A stretch of 64,000 nucleotides of DNA from an uncultured virus (IMG/VR IMGVR_UViG_3300000301_000027). Lineage: Duplodnaviria; Heunggongvirae; Uroviricota; Caudoviricetes; Crassvirales. The notes beneath the pieces are model-generated. The model was not told where the DNA came from. It saw only the letters and a list, made by a program, of their open reading frames with translations, and made no database searches. Positions 62,801-64,000 of this stretch are shown here, piece after piece. The number at the start of each line of letters is the position of its first letter. Position 1 is the stretch's first letter. Where the stretch lies: IMG/VR virus record IMGVR_UViG_3300000301_000027; one strand, given 5' to 3'. A program made the translations under genes and the position numbers.

Positions 62801-64000
62801 TACTAATAAATACCATTTATTTAATTCTGGTAAATCACCTCCCCAGAATAAACCATCAGAAGTTTGCCCTGAATATAATGAAGTATTAGGATCACATCCA
62901 AACAAGATAGTACCATCTCTCTGCATCTGTTTTACCCATATAGAATATCTATAAGTAAGATGATGATAAATAGGTATATTTGGAACATAAAAACCTCCAT
63001 CTGTATCACCATCAGCAGTAGAAATACATTTCCATACTACATCTGGCATATTAAATGGAGTAGGTAATATCTCCCTTTTATTATTAGCATTAGTTCCATA
63101 TTGTAAATACTTACTATAATCTCCTGATCCTTCATTCCATAAGAATCTAAAGAACATGTTAGTAGTATATTCATCAACTAATAATGGAGGAGTCCATTCT
63201 CCTGAAGGCTCTCCAGTTAGATTATTTATATTAAATGCTTGCCATAATAATCCATACCATTCATCAAATGTGTTAGGATTAACATTCCATCCTGCTGGAC
63301 TAGCTCCTCTAGGTTGGATAGGTTCAAGCATATCTCTAGTATATATAATAACACTATTACTACCATCAATAATATCTACAATGGTGATTCTTCCTTTAGC
63401 AATTACCTCTCCTAAAGAGTTTTTCAATCTAACTTCAAAATTAGATTTAGAATCAACATCATCTGGTGTTATTAAAATAGTCTTATTTATTCTAGAGAAA
63501 GTGGGAATTATTTGTCCATCTTTATCATATTGAATCCAATCATAAATATATGTTGATCCATCTTCATCAAGCTCTTCACCATTTCTCCATACTTCAGCTT
63601 CTATTGTAATAGTTCCTGTTTTATTTTTAAAGATAGTTCCTTCAGGAGTATTAAAAGCTATTTGTAAAGGATCTTGTTGGTCTAAGAATGAAGCTGTGGC
63701 ATATACAGATTGATTATAAGTAATAGATTTTGAATCTAAATCTGTAATAACACATTTAAATGTTGCAAAATTTAATACAGTAGATTCTGGAATAATAATT
63801 TCATTAGTAGTATATCCAGTAACTCCAAAATTATTTACTTCATCAATATAAGCCCATCCTATTCCTCCACTACTATTATAATAAGGATTATATATTCTAG
63901 TACCACTAGGAACATCTTGTTTTAATGTTTCTGTTAATACTAAGGTTGTAGAAGAATTTACTGTAGCTACTACATAATCATATCCTAAGATTCTAATATT
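59852..64000 (-). CDS. large tail fibre/spike-type structural protein (5' partial)
   Basis: I translated 64000-63428 and the frame has no stops (NIRILGYDY...FEVRLKNSLG), so the TTG start at 63427 in the track is internal. It has collagen-like GxDG triplets and beta-helix-like repeats. Confidence 0.8.
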   Translation of the reverse strand, partial: NIRILGYDYVVATVNSSTTLVLTETLKQDVPSGTRIYNPYYNSSGGIGWAYIDEVNNFGVTGYTTNEIIIPESTVLNFATFKCVITDLDSKSITYNQSVYATASFLDQQDPLQIAFNTPEGTIFKNKTGTITIEAEVWRNGEELDEDGSTYIYDWIQYDKDGQIIPTFSRINKTILITPDDVDSKSNFEVRLKNSLGEVIAKGRITIVDIIDGSNSVIIYTRDMLEPIQPRGASPAGWNVNPNTFDEWYGLLWQAFNINNLTGEPSGEWTPPLLVDEYTTNMFFRFLWNEGSGDYSKYLQYGTNANNKREILPTPFNMPDVVWKCISTADGDTDGGFYVPNIPIYHHLTYRYSIWVKQMQRDGTILFGCDPNTSLYSGQTSDGLFWGGDLPELNKWYLLVGYINSSEDNTGEKFDAGIYDPKTGRKASDTIKFRTFKFKNTDEVQMFRAYQGSALGIGTEVHFWGQRLDLCNNREPSISELLKQTAIGTPAKSVTIQGDQLFKYKDDFKGDPIPNVINIIALTQNILDPQYIWRYKTENTNWTVIENTTNSLTINPNDPKMGWSNGNTYVTYRVDVGDYYDTHTIVKITDGINGINGADGVDGTDGTSIVWKGEFDSHPNDPQNGWAYRNTTDGKSYVYQSGSWYQMTIDGINGKNGTDGLSIIWKGEFKNPPSNPEINWVYRDIDNGKVYIYNGTAWTLMVTDGSDGTDGANGENGWNVYITYHDSELKPNKPTGNGTTNGWHTDTTDNVIWMSQKVAPSASSGEWGDPVKIVGVDGWYIDFKYALSENIPPIQYPNGKSPGTNWYDNPPQPSGNLYVWMTKILKNPITGEVKDGEQWSTPIKLTGDKGEDSYTVIADKESHDILVDPGTKDTINPDYLDPNKLALSVSTTYTVLKGSKELIYRLQGGTTPGNNYYSIIAEPDEGLEVGISEKGQIYPTVFNTNKTYLSCKIRIYCEDSGINFLKVITWRKINEENWYLEDALGGVSVTDGGLFLTTWIRLGHAKKKNDFEYELTDEKAGIYGGKNLPGEYEPQTVRFYSGGNYESSQEWSNLYQEFLDGDKTPEKRQQFWEYDPRSQSPQGATFVIREDGQMLCYGGYFHGDIWADNGYFSGNIKATGSIIATGGKIGNLLINSDGSFGQQDGNFYVDPNGNLTAKNGVFSGEINAVNGSFSGTLTVANGTTFGSLTLDNNGIRVLSKSPFVGYVSIGQYLDPSLVSADSFGINVRKDNGTTSLNSELFFAGNFKSGGSTKHQVRINGNDLYIRNHLNLGNTFGYSSVASGQASAFNYQSIFLWTGGSTQSITLNNSSGTEGQIITFVDCDNSNNNLIIYNICQYNAGSLYDITTNHLEMTDGGANVSVIKTNGKWFFLGRSGNVNWHKD

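Noticed and set aside
586..63533. Short alternative-frame and antisense ORFs in the track (e.g. 586-768, 5695-5925, 32055-32369, 39642-39953, 63156-63533)
   Set aside because: They lie wholly or almost wholly inside long, well-supported genes and show no motifs. They are shadow ORFs.
1..64000. Stop-codon reassignment (TAG or TGA), known in some crAss-like phages
   Set aside because: Genes are full length under code 11. TAG (e.g. 3969, 21077) and TGA (e.g. 1491, 2315) end genes exactly where the next gene or a terminator begins.
1..64000. CRISPR array, tRNA/rRNA genes, DGR, integrase or IS elements
   Set aside because: I saw no repeat-spacer pattern, cloverleaf, reverse transcriptase, recombinase or transposase motif, and intergenic spaces are very short. 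This was checked by eye only.
1..64000. Mammalian TLR9/ZAP evasion as the cause of CG loss
   Set aside because: Nothing in the sequence supports it, and selection or mutation inside the bacterial host is a simpler explanation. It remains a remote possibility.

Overview
A 64 kb piece of an AT-rich lytic phage genome with the gene content and layout of a crAss-like phage (Crassvirales). Promoter motifs point to a Bacteroidota host. The + strand (1-21021) carries replication and nucleotide genes: SSB tail, primase, resolvase, PD-(D/E)xK exonuclease, class II RNR, PolA, dUTPase, ThyX and dNMP kinase. It also carries a nine-gene amide/peptide-ligase cluster (GGCT, C26 GATase, ATP-grasp, COOH-NH2 ligase, Ntn-GATase, amidoligase, three unknowns). 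The - strand (21077-64000) is the virion block: ejected cargo proteins, a 3.6 kaa virion RNA polymerase (DFDVD), tail proteins, lysis genes and fibres. Three ~90-N scaffold gaps each split a single gene. The strongest unexplained signals are: (1) near-total absence of the CG dinucleotide (four found by eye in 64 kb); (2) a ~1270 aa cargo protein whose unrelated modules are separated by a recurring (F/Y/H/L)xxGG motif, like a cleavable polyprotein; (3) the ligase cluster; (4) a four-gene cassette of unknown function with its own promoter and terminators. All protein calls come from recognising motifs by eye. No database searches were run.
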